Source: an uncultured Pelagibacteraceae bacterium (GTDB taxonomy: Bacteria; Pseudomonadota; Alphaproteobacteria; Pelagibacterales; Pelagibacteraceae). From it: a stretch of 64,000 bases of DNA. Below are positions 10,051 to 21,259 of this stretch, piece by piece. Within the stretch, counting starts at the first letter, position 1. Each line of letters opens with the position of its first letter. Made by a program: the position numbers and the translations under genes. The stretch is from positions 4,250 through 68,249 of the forward strand of contig CACDRY010000002.1 of the NCBI GenBank assembly GCA_902555275.1, written 5' to 3'. The notes under the pieces were generated by a model. That model saw nothing but the letters and a program-made list of their open reading frames with translations, had not been told where the DNA came from and made no database searches.

Positions 10051-11485
10051 TCCTAAAATAAAGGAGGAGTGTGCTGTTTTTGGAATAAGTAATAATGAAG
10101 ATGCAGCAACGCTTACGGCTTTAGGACTTCACGCTCTTCAGCATAGAGGGCAGGAAGGTTGCGGAATTGTTTCTTTTGATGGATACAAATATCATTCTGA
10201 AAAAAGATTTGGGCTTGTGGGAGATAACTTTAATGATGAAAAAGTTTTAAAAAATTTGCCAGGTAAATTTGCAATTGGACACAATAGATATTCAACTACC
10301 GGGGGTACAGCATTGAGAAATGTTCAGCCATTTTTTGCTGATACTAACTCAGGAGGTATTGGGGTTGCGCATAACGGCAATTTAACAAATGCAATTACTT
10401 TAAGAAATAAAATGGTTCAAGATGGATCAATTTTTTATACAACCTCAGACACTGAAACAATAGTTAAACTGATTGCTAAATCTAAAAGAATAAAAACAAT
10501 AGATAAAATTATTGATGCTATATTTCAAATTCAAGGTGGCTATGCACTTGTGATGATGACACAAAATACCCTTATAGGAGTAAGAGATCCTTACGGAATT
10601 AGACCACTAGTAATTGGCAAATTAAAAAACTCGTATGTATTTGCCTCCGAGACATGTGCCTTTGATATAATAGGAGCTAAATTTGTTAGAGAAGTTGAAA
10701 ATGGCGAGATCGTTTATATTGAAAATGATGAACTAAAAAGCATTAAACCATTTCCACCAAAAAAAGTCAGACCTTGCGTTTTTGAATATATTTACTTTTC
10801 AAGACCGGATAGTATTTTGAATGGAAAAACAGCCTACGAATATAGAAAAAACTTTGGAGCACAACTTGCTAATGAGGACAATATAAATGCTGACTTAGTT
10901 GTGCCTGTACCAGACTCTGGAAATGCAGCGGCATTAGGCTACGCTGAAAAAAAAGGATTAAAATTTGACTTAGGTTTAATAAGAAATCATTATGTTGGCA
11001 GAACTTTTATTGAACCATCTCAACAAATTAGAAGCTTAGGAGTTAAGTTAAAATTAAATCCAAATATTTCTGTGATTAAAGATAAAAGAATAATTCTAGT
11101 TGATGACTCACTTGTAAGAGGTACTACATCGTCAAAAATAGTGAAGATGTTATACGACTCTGGAGCAAAAGAAATTCATGTGAGAATAGCAAGCCCCGAA
11201 ATTAAATTTCCTGATTTTTATGGTGTTGATACACCAACAAAAAAAGAGCTTTTAGCAGCAAACAAATCCACAGCTGAAATATGTGAATTTATTAAGGCAA
11301 AATCACTTAAATTCTTAAGTTTGAATGGTTTATATTTAGGAATGGGATTTGAAAAAAGAAATGAAAATTACCCTCAATTAACAGATCATCACTTTACTGG
11401 GGAATACCCCGTAAAAATAATTGATGAACTAGGTGAGGATAAAGTAACCCAACTTTCCTTATTGAGTACTGCATCGAATAATTAA
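10016..11485 (+). CDS. purF: amidophosphoribosyltransferase
   Basis: EECAVFG, LQHRGQE, GHNRYSTTG, HNGNLTN, VDDSLVRGTT. Confidence 0.97.
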   Translation: MKKLRKKFKIYDPKIKEECAVFGISNNEDAATLTALGLHALQHRGQEGCGIVSFDGYKYHSEKRFGLVGDNFNDEKVLKNLPGKFAIGHNRYSTTGGTALRNVQPFFADTNSGGIGVAHNGNLTNAITLRNKMVQDGSIFYTTSDTETIVKLIAKSKRIKTIDKIIDAIFQIQGGYALVMMTQNTLIGVRDPYGIRPLVIGKLKNSYVFASETCAFDIIGAKFVREVENGEIVYIENDELKSIKPFPPKKVRPCVFEYIYFSRPDSILNGKTAYEYRKNFGAQLANEDNINADLVVPVPDSGNAAALGYAEKKGLKFDLGLIRNHYVGRTFIEPSQQIRSLGVKLKLNPNISVIKDKRIILVDDSLVRGTTSSKIVKMLYDSGAKEIHVRIASPEIKFPDFYGVDTPTKKELLAANKSTAEICEFIKAKSLKFLSLNGLYLGMGFEKRNENYPQLTDHHFTGEYPVKIIDELGEDKVTQLSLLSTASNN

Positions 11486-11486
11486 T

Positions 11487-12044
11487 ATGAAAAAAGTAAG
11501 TTTTACAGAAATGAAGTATGGTACTAAAGATGACTATCAGCTTTTAGAAAAGTTAGAAAGTCAGTATGAACGAAAAACTGCAGATAGAATTTTAAATTAT
11601 TTGGCTTCACAAACTACTACACTTGAAGGCTATCAGATAACAAGATTAGAACACTCATTACAAGCTGCAACAAGAGCATATAAAAACGGAGAAAACGAAG
11701 AAATGGTTGTAGCCACATTATTACATGATCTTGGAGATGAATTAGCTCCAATGAATCATTCTCAATACGCAGCATCAATAATTAAGCCTTATGTTTCAGA
11801 AAAAATTTATTGGATTATTTTACACCATGGTCTTTTTCAAACTTATTATTCTGCAGAACATTTAGGTGGAGACAAAAATGCAAGAGAAAAATATAAAAAT
11901 GCAGAACATTATCAAGCAACAATAGATTTTTGTGAAAACTATGATCAGGCTTCTTTTGATCCTAATTATAAGTCAATGACTTTAAAAGAATTTGAACCAA
12001 TGGTTAGGAATATTTTTTCAAGAAAACCTTATTACCATCACTAA
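11487..12044 (+). CDS. HD-domain metalloenzyme (PhnZ/MIOX-like ligand pattern)
   Basis: EHSLQAA, LLHDLGD, NHS, HHGLFQ, YDQ: H...HD...H...H...D. Confidence 0.8.
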   Translation: MKKVSFTEMKYGTKDDYQLLEKLESQYERKTADRILNYLASQTTTLEGYQITRLEHSLQAATRAYKNGENEEMVVATLLHDLGDELAPMNHSQYAASIIKPYVSEKIYWIILHHGLFQTYYSAEHLGGDKNAREKYKNAEHYQATIDFCENYDQASFDPNYKSMTLKEFEPMVRNIFSRKPYYHH

Positions 12045-12045
12045 A

Positions 12046-13986
12046 TTGTCTAATATTTTAAAAAACGAAAAAAGTCCTTATCTTCAACAACATAAAGATA
12101 ATCCAGTTGATTGGTTTCCTTGGAATAAAGAAACTTTAGGTAAAGCAAAGAAAGAAAAAAAACCTATATTTTTAAGCGTTGGATATGCAAGTTGTCATTG
12201 GTGTCATGTTATGGCTCATGAGAGCTTTGAAAATGAAGAAACTGCCAAACTAATGAACGAAAAGTTTATTAATATTAAAGTTGATAGAGAGGAAAGGCCT
12301 GATTTAGATTATGTTTTTCAAAAAAGCTTATCAATACTAACTGGAGCTCAAGGTGGATGGCCATTATCAATGTTTTTAGACGAAAATGGTGTACCATTTA
12401 CAGGAGGAACGTATTTCCCACCTAAGGAAATTCAAGGGAGGCCTGACTTTAAAAAAGTCTTAAACAACGTGCATAACGTCTACAATGAAAATAGAGAGAA
12501 AATTTTAGCTCAAGCACCACAAGTTAAAGAAATATTCTCAAAAATAAATCAAAGATCTGCAGTTTTAAATCAACCATTAGAGCCATTTGTTGAAAAAATT
12601 ATTAATTATTTAGATGAAAATAATGGGAGTTTCAAAGGAGCCCCAAAGTTCCCCCAATTTTATTTATTTGATGCAATGTTCTACTTTTATCTAAAGACTA
12701 AAAATAAAAATTATTTTAAGCCTGTTGAAATTTTACTCAATAATCTTTGTTCCAAAGGTATTTATGATCAACTAGATGGAGGAATTTCAAGATATGCTGT
12801 TGACGAAAAATGGATAATTCCACACTTTGAAAAAATGCTTTACGATAACATCCAGTTCATAGATCTATTAACAAAATTTTATCAAAATACCAAAAATGAT
12901 TATTTTAAAAATAAACTTTTACAAACAATTCAATATTTTAATAATGAATTTAAAAACAAAGAAGAATTATATGGTTCCGCATATGATGCTGATAGTGAAG
13001 GTGTTGAAGGAAAATATTATGTTTGGTCATACGCAGAATTAAAAAATCTTTTAAAGGATGATATGAAAACTTTAGAAAATAAGTATGAAATTTCGGAGAG
13101 TGGTAATTTTGAAGGTAACAACATCCTGGTAGAAAAAAATTTAATACCTGATGAAGATAAAGATAACCTAGATCGAATTAAAAATAAATTACTCGATATT
13201 AGACGAAAAAGAATAAAACCATTTTTTGACGATAAATCACAAACGGATTTAAACTCATATATGCTCCAAGTTCTTCTCAAAACTTCAGTAAATTTAGATG
13301 ATGAAGATTTAAAAATTAAAACAATAGAAACAATTGAAATACTAAATAAAAAATTAAATCAAAAAATTATTCATTGCTATGAAAATAAAGAAATAGAAAC
13401 TTTTCTTGAGGACTATGTTTATTATGCTCTACTAATGATAACACTTTACGAGGTTAATGCTGATAAAAAAGCACTAGAAAAATCAATAAAAATAATGAAT
13501 GATACTTGGGAATTATTCTTTAATAATGAAACTCGGTTGTTTCAGAAAAATATTATAAAAGATAATGATTTGTTTGCGAGTCCACTAGACTTAAATGATA
13601 GCAACATTCCAAATGGTAATAGTGTTTATCTATTAATTTCAAATAAATTATATTCAATTACAAATGATAAAATATGGTATGAAAGAAATGAAGTGCTTAA
13701 AAAATCATTCCACCAAGTTATAAACTCTTATTATTCACAGATGTTTAGCTTTATTAAAACCCTTGATATTTGCGATAATAGCTTATCATTCACATTCCAT
13801 GGAACATCTCAGTCTATTAAGGAAATGCAGCTTTATTTACAAAAAGAATATCTAGGAGTTGCAACATTTGTTTACCAATCAAATAATGATACAAAACCTA
13901 GTGTTATTATATGTAAAAACCAAACTTGTTCTAACAAATTAACTAACATAAGCGAAGCTGTTGAATATCTAAGTAAGAGTGATTAA
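12046..13986 (+). CDS. YyaL/SPATA20-like thioredoxin-domain protein (likely start TTG 12046)
   Basis: [50 protein letters not shown]. Confidence 0.9.
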   Translation: MSNILKNEKSPYLQQHKDNPVDWFPWNKETLGKAKKEKKPIFLSVGYASCHWCHVMAHESFENEETAKLMNEKFINIKVDREERPDLDYVFQKSLSILTGAQGGWPLSMFLDENGVPFTGGTYFPPKEIQGRPDFKKVLNNVHNVYNENREKILAQAPQVKEIFSKINQRSAVLNQPLEPFVEKIINYLDENNGSFKGAPKFPQFYLFDAMFYFYLKTKNKNYFKPVEILLNNLCSKGIYDQLDGGISRYAVDEKWIIPHFEKMLYDNIQFIDLLTKFYQNTKNDYFKNKLLQTIQYFNNEFKNKEELYGSAYDADSEGVEGKYYVWSYAELKNLLKDDMKTLENKYEISESGNFEGNNILVEKNLIPDEDKDNLDRIKNKLLDIRRKRIKPFFDDKSQTDLNSYMLQVLLKTSVNLDDEDLKIKTIETIEILNKKLNQKIIHCYENKEIETFLEDYVYYALLMITLYEVNADKKALEKSIKIMNDTWELFFNNETRLFQKNIIKDNDLFASPLDLNDSNIPNGNSVYLLISNKLYSITNDKIWYERNEVLKKSFHQVINSYYSQMFSFIKTLDICDNSLSFTFHGTSQSIKEMQLYLQKEYLGVATFVYQSNNDTKPSVIICKNQTCSNKLTNISEAVEYLSKSD

Positions 13987-13995
13987 ATCGTTAAT

Positions 13996-15285
13996 ATGAA
14001 TAAAGATAACATAATAGATCATTTTAAATCAGGAATTAAGGAGCCTATAAATTCCAAAATAGGCGTTGAGCACGAAAAATTTCTTTTCTACAAGAAGAAT
14101 AATAAAAGAATTACTTATTCTACAATTAAAGAGATTTTCAAAATTTTATATGAATTTGGTTGGAAACCATCTTATGAAGGTGAAAACGTAATAGCGTTAA
14201 ACAAAGACAATAAGAGTATAACTTTAGAGCCGGGCAATCAAATTGAGCTTGCAGGTGCTCAATTAACTAATATTCATGAAGTTTGCTCTGAAGCTAATAA
14301 TTATTTGTTTGAACTTAAACAGGTTGTTGAAAAATTAGATTTAAAAATAGTAAGTGCTGGATTTGATCCAATATCTAAGTTGTCTGAAATTCCAAATAAT
14401 CCTAAAAAAAGATATGAAGTAATGACAAAGGATATGCCTAAAGGTGGGTCCCTTAGTTTAGATATGATGTATAGAACATCTGGAACGCAGTTAAATCTTG
14501 ACTACACGTCTGAGAATGATTTTATAAAAAAATTTAAATTAGCAAATAGTTTAGTTCCATTAAGTATTGCACTTTTTGCAAACTCATCAATTGTTGAGAA
14601 AAAAGATAGTAAATATTTATCATACCGATCAAAAGTATGGCAAGAAACATCAAGAGGTGGTCTTCCAGAAATTTTTTTAGAAAATGTTGATTTTGAAAAG
14701 TATGCTGATTTTGTAATGGATTATCCAATATTGTTTTTAAAAAAAGATGATAAATACTTATCTGGTAAAAATTATAAATTTTCTGATTATATGAATGGTA
14801 ATATTCAAGAAATTAATAAATCTTTACCAAGTATTGACGATCTTGGATTGCATTTAAGTACTATATTTACAGAGAATAGATTAAAACAATACATTGAATT
14901 AAGATCTATGGATACTTGTGGTTGGAACTGTATCTGCGCTGGTCCTGCTTTTTTTACTGGTCTTTTATATGGTAATTTAGACGAAGCATTAGAATTTATT
15001 TCAAAATGGGAAAAGAAAGATTTATTAAATGCTTATAAAAATGCACCTATGAAAGGACTTGATACAAATTTAATGGGTAAAGATATGATTTATTGGATCT
15101 CCAACTTGTTAAAAATTGCCGAAAAAGGCTTAGAAAAGAGAGATTTTATTGGAAAAAGCGGTACAAACGAAACTAAATACTTGGAACATCTAAATAAGAT
15201 TATCAATAATAAAGAAACAGTCGCTAGTCATGTTATAAATAAATTCTCTAAATTTCAAAATTTAGAAGATTTATATGACAAATAA
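13996..15285 (+). CDS. gshA: glutamate-cysteine ligase (alphaproteobacterial/plant type)
   Basis: IGVEHEKF, TLEPGNQIELAG, DMMYRT, LFANS, RLKQYIELR; next to gshB. Confidence 0.92.
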   Translation: MNKDNIIDHFKSGIKEPINSKIGVEHEKFLFYKKNNKRITYSTIKEIFKILYEFGWKPSYEGENVIALNKDNKSITLEPGNQIELAGAQLTNIHEVCSEANNYLFELKQVVEKLDLKIVSAGFDPISKLSEIPNNPKKRYEVMTKDMPKGGSLSLDMMYRTSGTQLNLDYTSENDFIKKFKLANSLVPLSIALFANSSIVEKKDSKYLSYRSKVWQETSRGGLPEIFLENVDFEKYADFVMDYPILFLKKDDKYLSGKNYKFSDYMNGNIQEINKSLPSIDDLGLHLSTIFTENRLKQYIELRSMDTCGWNCICAGPAFFTGLLYGNLDEALEFISKWEKKDLLNAYKNAPMKGLDTNLMGKDMIYWISNLLKIAEKGLEKRDFIGKSGTNETKYLEHLNKIINNKETVASHVINKFSKFQNLEDLYDK

Positions 15286-16201
15286 AATAATAGGCATACA
15301 AGGCGATAAATTAGATAAAATAAATATTTCTTCTGATACATCAATATTTTTAGCTCATGAAGCTCAGAAACTAGGATATAAAATATTTTATTATACTCCC
15401 TCAAACTTATCTATCATCAAAAATAGAACATATGCAAATGGAGTATTTGTAAAATTTAATTATGAAAGAAAAAAATTTTATAAAATTTATAAAAAACATA
15501 AAATAGATGTTGAAAATCTTAAATTTATTTTAATTAGGCAGGATCCTCCATTTAATTCAGAATATTTAATAACTACTCTTATTTTAGATGACTTAAAAAA
15601 AGCAAAAGTAATAAATAATCCAACTGCTATTAGAAATGTATCAGAAAAGTTGTATTCAAAGCATTTTATCAAATTTATGCCTAATACTTTGTTTTCAAAT
15701 AATATAGAAGAAATTAAGAAATTTTATAAACAAAATAAAAGTATGATTATGAAACCCATTAATGGATATGGTGGTAATCAAATTCATCTCATTAAAAATA
15801 AGTTTAATAAAAAACTTATTACAAGTTTTTTAAATAAAAATGGTCATTCAATGTTTCAAAAATTCTTAAAAAATATATCTAAAGGAGATAAGAGAGTTTT
15901 TATTATTAATGGAAAAGTATGTGGAGCAATCTCAAGGGTACCCAAAAAAGGTTCATATTTGAGCAATATGAGCAAAGGTGCTGTGCCTAAACTTACAAAA
16001 CTTACAAAACAAGAAATAAAAATTTCAAAACTTATAGGAAAAAAATTAAAGAATGATAATATTTATTTTGCTGGAATTGACTTCATAGATCAGAAACTAA
16101 ATGGAGATATTAATGTAACGTCTCCTACTGGATTAAAAACATACTATGACCTTTCTAAAATCAATCTTGCTAAGATATTTTGGAAAGGTTTAAAAGCTTG
16201 A
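15275..16201 (+). CDS. gshB: glutathione synthetase
   Basis: RQDPPF, NNPTAIRNVSEK, GDKRV, INVTSPTG. Confidence 0.93.
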   Translation: MTNKIIGIQGDKLDKINISSDTSIFLAHEAQKLGYKIFYYTPSNLSIIKNRTYANGVFVKFNYERKKFYKIYKKHKIDVENLKFILIRQDPPFNSEYLITTLILDDLKKAKVINNPTAIRNVSEKLYSKHFIKFMPNTLFSNNIEEIKKFYKQNKSMIMKPINGYGGNQIHLIKNKFNKKLITSFLNKNGHSMFQKFLKNISKGDKRVFIINGKVCGAISRVPKKGSYLSNMSKGAVPKLTKLTKQEIKISKLIGKKLKNDNIYFAGIDFIDQKLNGDINVTSPTGLKTYYDLSKINLAKIFWKGLKA

Positions 16202-17073
16202 ATAAATTATCAGATCAAAAGAAAGGTTCACTACTAGCCTTCGTAGCTGTAATGTTTATTACGCCTGACTCATTACTTATCAGGCTTTCAAACATAGAAA
16301 CATGGGGAATGCTTTTTTATAGAGGAGCCATACCTTTCTTTATAGTCTTAATTGGACTACTATTATTTTATAGGCAAAATTTTATTAATGCCTTTTTAAA
16401 AGTTGGTACAGTTGGTATATTTTACGCAATTAGCTTTTCTATTTGTAACATCACTTTCATTGTCTCTATTCAAAATACCAACGTAGCCAATACGTTGATT
16501 ATGATTGCTTTAGCCCCAATGCTTTCCGCAATACTTGGGGCAATATTCTTAAAAGAAATGCCTAATAAAGGGACTTGGATCGCCATTTTCGTCACATTTT
16601 TAGCGGCTTTGTTTATTTTTTACGACTCGCTACAAGTCGGTAATCTTTTTGGGAATATAATGGGATTTGTTACAGCATCTGGATTAGCTGTAAATGCTGT
16701 TCTTATCAGATATGCTAAAGACAGAGATCTTTTGCCTTCTGCTGTAATGGGCAAATTAGGAGTTGCAGTATTTGCTTTCTTTTTTGTTGAAAACTTTAAT
16801 CTAATTGGAACAGATCAAATTTATATACCGATAATGTGCATTATTTGTGTAGTCCTACCTTTTGTTTTGGTAACAATCGCACCAAGATTTATACCAGCAG
16901 AAGAAGTAAATCTATTTTTCTTATTAGAAACAATAATAGGTCCAATTTGGGTTTGGTTAGTTGTCAAAGAGCAGCCAACTTTGGAGACGATCATTGGAGG
17001 TGCCGTGATCATAATCACTTTAGGCATTCACTCATTTATTAAAATAAGAGAGCCTGAAAAAATTATTAAATAA
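16198..17073 (+). CDS. DMT/EamA-family transporter (likely TTG start overlapping gshB stop)
   Basis: About 10 TM; AIFLKE and E.IIGPIWVW...EQP...GG motifs. Confidence 0.85.
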   Translation: MNKLSDQKKGSLLAFVAVMFITPDSLLIRLSNIETWGMLFYRGAIPFFIVLIGLLLFYRQNFINAFLKVGTVGIFYAISFSICNITFIVSIQNTNVANTLIMIALAPMLSAILGAIFLKEMPNKGTWIAIFVTFLAALFIFYDSLQVGNLFGNIMGFVTASGLAVNAVLIRYAKDRDLLPSAVMGKLGVAVFAFFFVENFNLIGTDQIYIPIMCIICVVLPFVLVTIAPRFIPAEEVNLFFLLETIIGPIWVWLVVKEQPTLETIIGGAVIIITLGIHSFIKIREPEKIIK

Positions 17074-17114
17074 TTTCTTGATTTACTATCAAATCATCCA
17101 TAGATAGCGCAATT

Positions 17115-18434
17115 ATGGAAAAAATACTCAAAAATTCCTGGGCATTATTCACAGGCATGGGTCTAATTATGATAGCCCACGGCTTTCAAGTTTCTTTACT
17201 TGGAGTGAGAGCTGTTTATGAAAGTTTCAGCTTAACAGCAACAGGCTTTATGTTATCAGGATATTTTGTAGGTTATTTTATAGGAGCAAAAACAGTTCCG
17301 ATTTTAGTTTCAAGAGTTGGTCATATAAGAGTATTTGCTGCTTTTGCATCAATTGCTTCTATCGTTGTTTTAGTGCACTCTATAATCATCAATCCATTTA
17401 CATGGTTTGTATTAAGAATTGCCTCAGGTTTTTCAATGGTATGTTTATATACAATTGCAGAAAGCTGGTTAAACGACCGAGCAAGCAATAAAAATAGAGG
17501 AAGTGTTTTATCAATTTATATGATCGTTCTTTACGCATCTATGGCGATTGGAATGTTTTTTTTAAACTTCAGTAAGCCAGAAAATTTTCAGCCATTTATA
17601 CTTGTTTCTTTATTCATGTCACTTTCACTTGTCCCAATTTTATTAACTAAGAAAAAACCACCAAAATTTAAAAAAATTATTGGAATGAAAATTAAAGAAC
17701 TTTATGAGGCCTCTCCTTTTGGAATAGTAAGTGCACTTTTATGTGGAATTTGTCACTCTGCAATGTTTGCTTTAATTGCTGTTTATGCAGCATCAATGAA
17801 TTTTAGTATTTTTGAAATTTCTTTTGTAACTTTTCTAATTGCTATTTCTGGAGCTATTTCCCAATGGCCTATTGGTAAACTATCAGATATTTATGACAGA
17901 AGAACAGTTACAGTATATTCTACGTTTGCTTCAGCTTTCTTTGCGCTATGTGCAATTTTTTCAGTTGGTACAATGCATTTACCTGATGGATTAGCTAGCT
18001 CAAAGTTTTGGTTTTATATTTTTACAGGTTTGTATGCTTTCTTTAGTCTTCCTATGTTTGCATTAATTTTTGCTCACACTAATGATTTTATAGCTAAAGA
18101 AAAATTTGTAGCTGCAGGTGCAGGTTTACAATTTACCTTTGGAATGGGTGCAATTAGTGGACCTTTTTTATGTTCTATGTTTATGGATTTAATAGGAGAG
18201 AATGGTTATTTTATATTTCTAATTATATTTCATTGTTTAATAGGAGCATATGGAGTTTACAGAATGAATGTTAGAGAGGTTATTGAAAACCCTGACTCTC
18301 AATTCACACCACTTCCTACGACAATAACACCTATTGGCTTAGAACTTAATCCAGCAACAGAACCTATTGAGGACCCGGTAAAACCAGTAGGAACCGAAGA
18401 AACAATAATTGTAGAGAATAACCCTTCCCAATAA
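17115..18434 (+). CDS. MFS transporter (YcaD-like)
   Basis: About 12 TM; RVGHIRVFAAFAS, AESWLN..RG, QWPIGKLSD.YDRR. Confidence 0.88.
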   Translation: MEKILKNSWALFTGMGLIMIAHGFQVSLLGVRAVYESFSLTATGFMLSGYFVGYFIGAKTVPILVSRVGHIRVFAAFASIASIVVLVHSIIINPFTWFVLRIASGFSMVCLYTIAESWLNDRASNKNRGSVLSIYMIVLYASMAIGMFFLNFSKPENFQPFILVSLFMSLSLVPILLTKKKPPKFKKIIGMKIKELYEASPFGIVSALLCGICHSAMFALIAVYAASMNFSIFEISFVTFLIAISGAISQWPIGKLSDIYDRRTVTVYSTFASAFFALCAIFSVGTMHLPDGLASSKFWFYIFTGLYAFFSLPMFALIFAHTNDFIAKEKFVAAGAGLQFTFGMGAISGPFLCSMFMDLIGENGYFIFLIIFHCLIGAYGVYRMNVREVIENPDSQFTPLPTTITPIGLELNPATEPIEDPVKPVGTEETIIVENNPSQ

Positions 18435-18475
18435 TTAAAATCTTATTTAAAATTTTTATTCTGCTAAAATAGTTT

Positions 18476-19486
18476 ATGACTAAAACTATAAATCTTGGAG
18501 TATTGGGTATTGATCATGGTCATATCTTCGACATGCTTGATGAGATGCTTAAAGAGGGATGTAGTTGTAATTATTTTTGGACACAAGGTTCTCCGTTAAT
18601 TTTAGATGAATTTAAAAAAAAATATCCTCAAATAAAAAGAGTAGATAATAAAAGTGATATTTTAAATGATGATACAATTGATATGATTTTAATTTCATCC
18701 ATTCCTAAAGATAGAGCTAATCTATCTATAGACGCAATGAAAGCTGGAAAAGATGTAATGGTTGACAAGCCAGGATGTACAACTCTTGAGCAACTTAATA
18801 ATCTAAAACAAACAGTTAAGGAGACAGGAAAAATTTGGTCAATTAATTTTTCAGAAAGATTTCATGTAGCAGCTGTTGCAAAAGCAGAAGAGCTAGTTAC
18901 TGAAGGTAAAATTGGTAAAGTAAAACAAACAATTGGCACGGGCCCTCACAGACAAGGCAATTATGAAAGACCTGATTGGTTTTATGATCGTATTAGTTAT
19001 GGTGGAATAATAACAGATATAGGCTCACATCAAATTCATCAATTTTTAGTATTTACAAATTCAAATGAAGCTAAAGTGAATCATGCGTTAGTTGAAAATA
19101 CTACTAAGAAAGAATTCGATGGTTTTCAAGATTTTGGGGAAGTTAATCTTTCTGGAAATGGTGGTCATGGATATGTCCGTTTAGATTGGTTTACTCCTGA
19201 TGCACTTCATACTTGGGGAGATGGAAGGTTATTTATACTGGGTGATAAAGGTTTTATTGAAATTAGAAAGTACACAGACCTAGCTAAATCTGAAAAAGGA
19301 AATCAGTTATATTTAGCAAATAACGATGAAGTTAAACATATTGACTGTTCAAATGTAAAACTCCCTTACTTTGCTAATTTAATTAACGATGTTTTAAATA
19401 GAACTGATACTGCTTGTTCACAAGAACTTACTTACTTATCAATGGAACTAGCAATTAAAGCTCAAGAATTAGCAGAAAAAAAATGA
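18476..19486 (+). CDS. Gfo/Idh/MocA-family oxidoreductase
   Basis: AGKDVMVDKPG, GGIITDIGSHQ. Confidence 0.85.
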   Translation: MTKTINLGVLGIDHGHIFDMLDEMLKEGCSCNYFWTQGSPLILDEFKKKYPQIKRVDNKSDILNDDTIDMILISSIPKDRANLSIDAMKAGKDVMVDKPGCTTLEQLNNLKQTVKETGKIWSINFSERFHVAAVAKAEELVTEGKIGKVKQTIGTGPHRQGNYERPDWFYDRISYGGIITDIGSHQIHQFLVFTNSNEAKVNHALVENTTKKEFDGFQDFGEVNLSGNGGHGYVRLDWFTPDALHTWGDGRLFILGDKGFIEIRKYTDLAKSEKGNQLYLANNDEVKHIDCSNVKLPYFANLINDVLNRTDTACSQELTYLSMELAIKAQELAEKK

Positions 19487-20559
19487 AAAAATATCAGGTA
19501 GCAATAATAGGAACTAATATAGGATCTAAACATTTTAAAGATTTTCAAAAAGTATCAGACCGATTTAGTGTTCATACATTGTGTGGTTTAACTAGAGATG
19601 CAATAGATAAAATATTGGCGTCAAATAATGATACTAAAATGTCATTAAACTTTGATGATGTATTAAAAGTAAAGGAAATAGACATAATTGATATTTGTCT
19701 CCCACCCCATTTACATTTTTCTGCGTGCAAAAAATCTCTTGAAGCTGGAAAGCATGTAATTTGTGAAAAACCATTGGTTTCAAGTCTTAAAGAAATTGAT
19801 GAGCTAGAAAACATTAGTAAAGAAACAGGAAAGATAATCTTTCCTGTATTCCAATATAGATATGGATTAGGATTTTCTAAATTTAAGGCACTAATAAAGT
19901 CAGGACTTGCTGGAAAACCTTTAATCGCCTCATTAGAAACTCATTGGAATAGAGGAAAAGATTATTACTCAAAACCTTGGCGAGGTACTTGGAATGGTGA
20001 ACAAGGAGGAGCAATTTTAAGTCATTCAATACATATTCATGACTTGGTGAGCATGATACTAGGACCAGTTTCAAATGTATTTGCAAAATTAACAACAAGA
20101 GTAAATGATATTGAGGTTGAAGACTGTGCATCTTTATCAATTGAAATGGAAGATGGAACACTGGTCACTAGCTCAATCACCCTTGGTGCAGCAAATGATA
20201 CCAGTAGACTAAAATTCTGTTTTGATGGACTGACTGTAGAATCGGGAGCATCTCCAGATAAACCTTATAATCCAGCTGATGATGAATGGATATTTTTACC
20301 AAGAGCTCCTATTTCACAAAGTCAAATTGATGAAGTATTGTCAAAAGTCGAAAAACCTAAATCATGGTACGCAGGAATGTTTGATGAAGTAGCAAAGAAA
20401 CTAGATGGCTCTTCAAGTGATGAGGTAACATTGTCAGATGCTAGAAAATCATTAGAGTTTGTAACTGCTGTTTACCAATCTTCAAGACAAAATATAAATA
20501 TCAAACTTCCAATTGATAAAAATAATCCATTCTATAACTCTTGGTTACCAAAAAATTAA
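19483..20559 (+). CDS. Gfo/Idh/MocA-family oxidoreductase
   Basis: AGKHVICEKPL, WRGTW..EQGGAILSHSIH, IEVED. Confidence 0.88.
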   Translation: MKKYQVAIIGTNIGSKHFKDFQKVSDRFSVHTLCGLTRDAIDKILASNNDTKMSLNFDDVLKVKEIDIIDICLPPHLHFSACKKSLEAGKHVICEKPLVSSLKEIDELENISKETGKIIFPVFQYRYGLGFSKFKALIKSGLAGKPLIASLETHWNRGKDYYSKPWRGTWNGEQGGAILSHSIHIHDLVSMILGPVSNVFAKLTTRVNDIEVEDCASLSIEMEDGTLVTSSITLGAANDTSRLKFCFDGLTVESGASPDKPYNPADDEWIFLPRAPISQSQIDEVLSKVEKPKSWYAGMFDEVAKKLDGSSSDEVTLSDARKSLEFVTAVYQSSRQNINIKLPIDKNNPFYNSWLPKN

Positions 20560-20644
20560 AAGAATAAAGAAAATGTGAATAAAGTAGCTTTGATGAAGGT
20601 TGTTCTAATTAAAAAATATATTAATGTAAGTAATATTAAAAAGT

Positions 20645-21130
20645 ATGCCTTCATTTGATGTTATAAGTAAAATCAATTATCAAGAGTTTGATAATGCTCT
20701 TGCTAATTGTTTAAGAGAAATTGCTAACCGATACGATTTTAAGGGGCTTAATATTTCTATTGAAAGAAAAGATAAAATAATAACTACACTAGCTCCAGAT
20801 GAATTAAAATTAAAACAAGTAAATGAATTGTTACAAGTTCACCTCATAAGAAGAAAAGTAGATCCAAGAGTAATAATTATTAAAAATTCAGAGGGTGCAG
20901 CTGGTAGAACTATAAGGCAGGTTAGTGAATTAGCTGAGGGTATAAGCCAAGAAAATGCTAAAAAGATTATTGCTAATGTAAAAAAACTAAAACTTAAAAT
21001 CCAAATTAAAATTCAAGGAGAAGAATTAAGAGCTCAAGGAAAGAAAAGAGACGATCTTCAAGAAGCAATATCTGCCATAGAAGCAATAGATATAGGGCTT
21101 CCGATTGAATTTATTAATTTTAGAGATTAA
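20645..21130 (+). CDS. yajQ: YajQ-family nucleotide/c-di-GMP-binding protein
   Basis: MPSFDVIS, RYDFKG, IQGEELR..GKKRDDLQ, FINFRD. Confidence 0.94.
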   Translation: MPSFDVISKINYQEFDNALANCLREIANRYDFKGLNISIERKDKIITTLAPDELKLKQVNELLQVHLIRRKVDPRVIIIKNSEGAAGRTIRQVSELAEGISQENAKKIIANVKKLKLKIQIKIQGEELRAQGKKRDDLQEAISAIEAIDIGLPIEFINFRD

Positions 21131-21136
21131 TTAAAC

Positions 21137-21259
21137 ATGATTGAAATTATTTTAGGTATATTCGTAATTCTTGTCTTGGGTTTTTATTTATTCAGACCTA
21201 CTTCAAAACAAGAAGAGAAAGATTTGAAATCTAAAAATAATTGGCGAGGTGGATTTTAA
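21137..21259 (+). CDS. small single-TM membrane protein, 40 aa (MIEIILGIFVILVLGFYLFRPTSKQEEKDLKSKNNWRGGF); below ORF-track cutoff
   Basis: ATG 21137 to TAA 21259 fills the gap exactly and abuts next ATG 21260; hydrophobic N-half, charged tail. Confidence 0.6.
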   Translation: MIEIILGIFVILVLGFYLFRPTSKQEEKDLKSKNNWRGGF

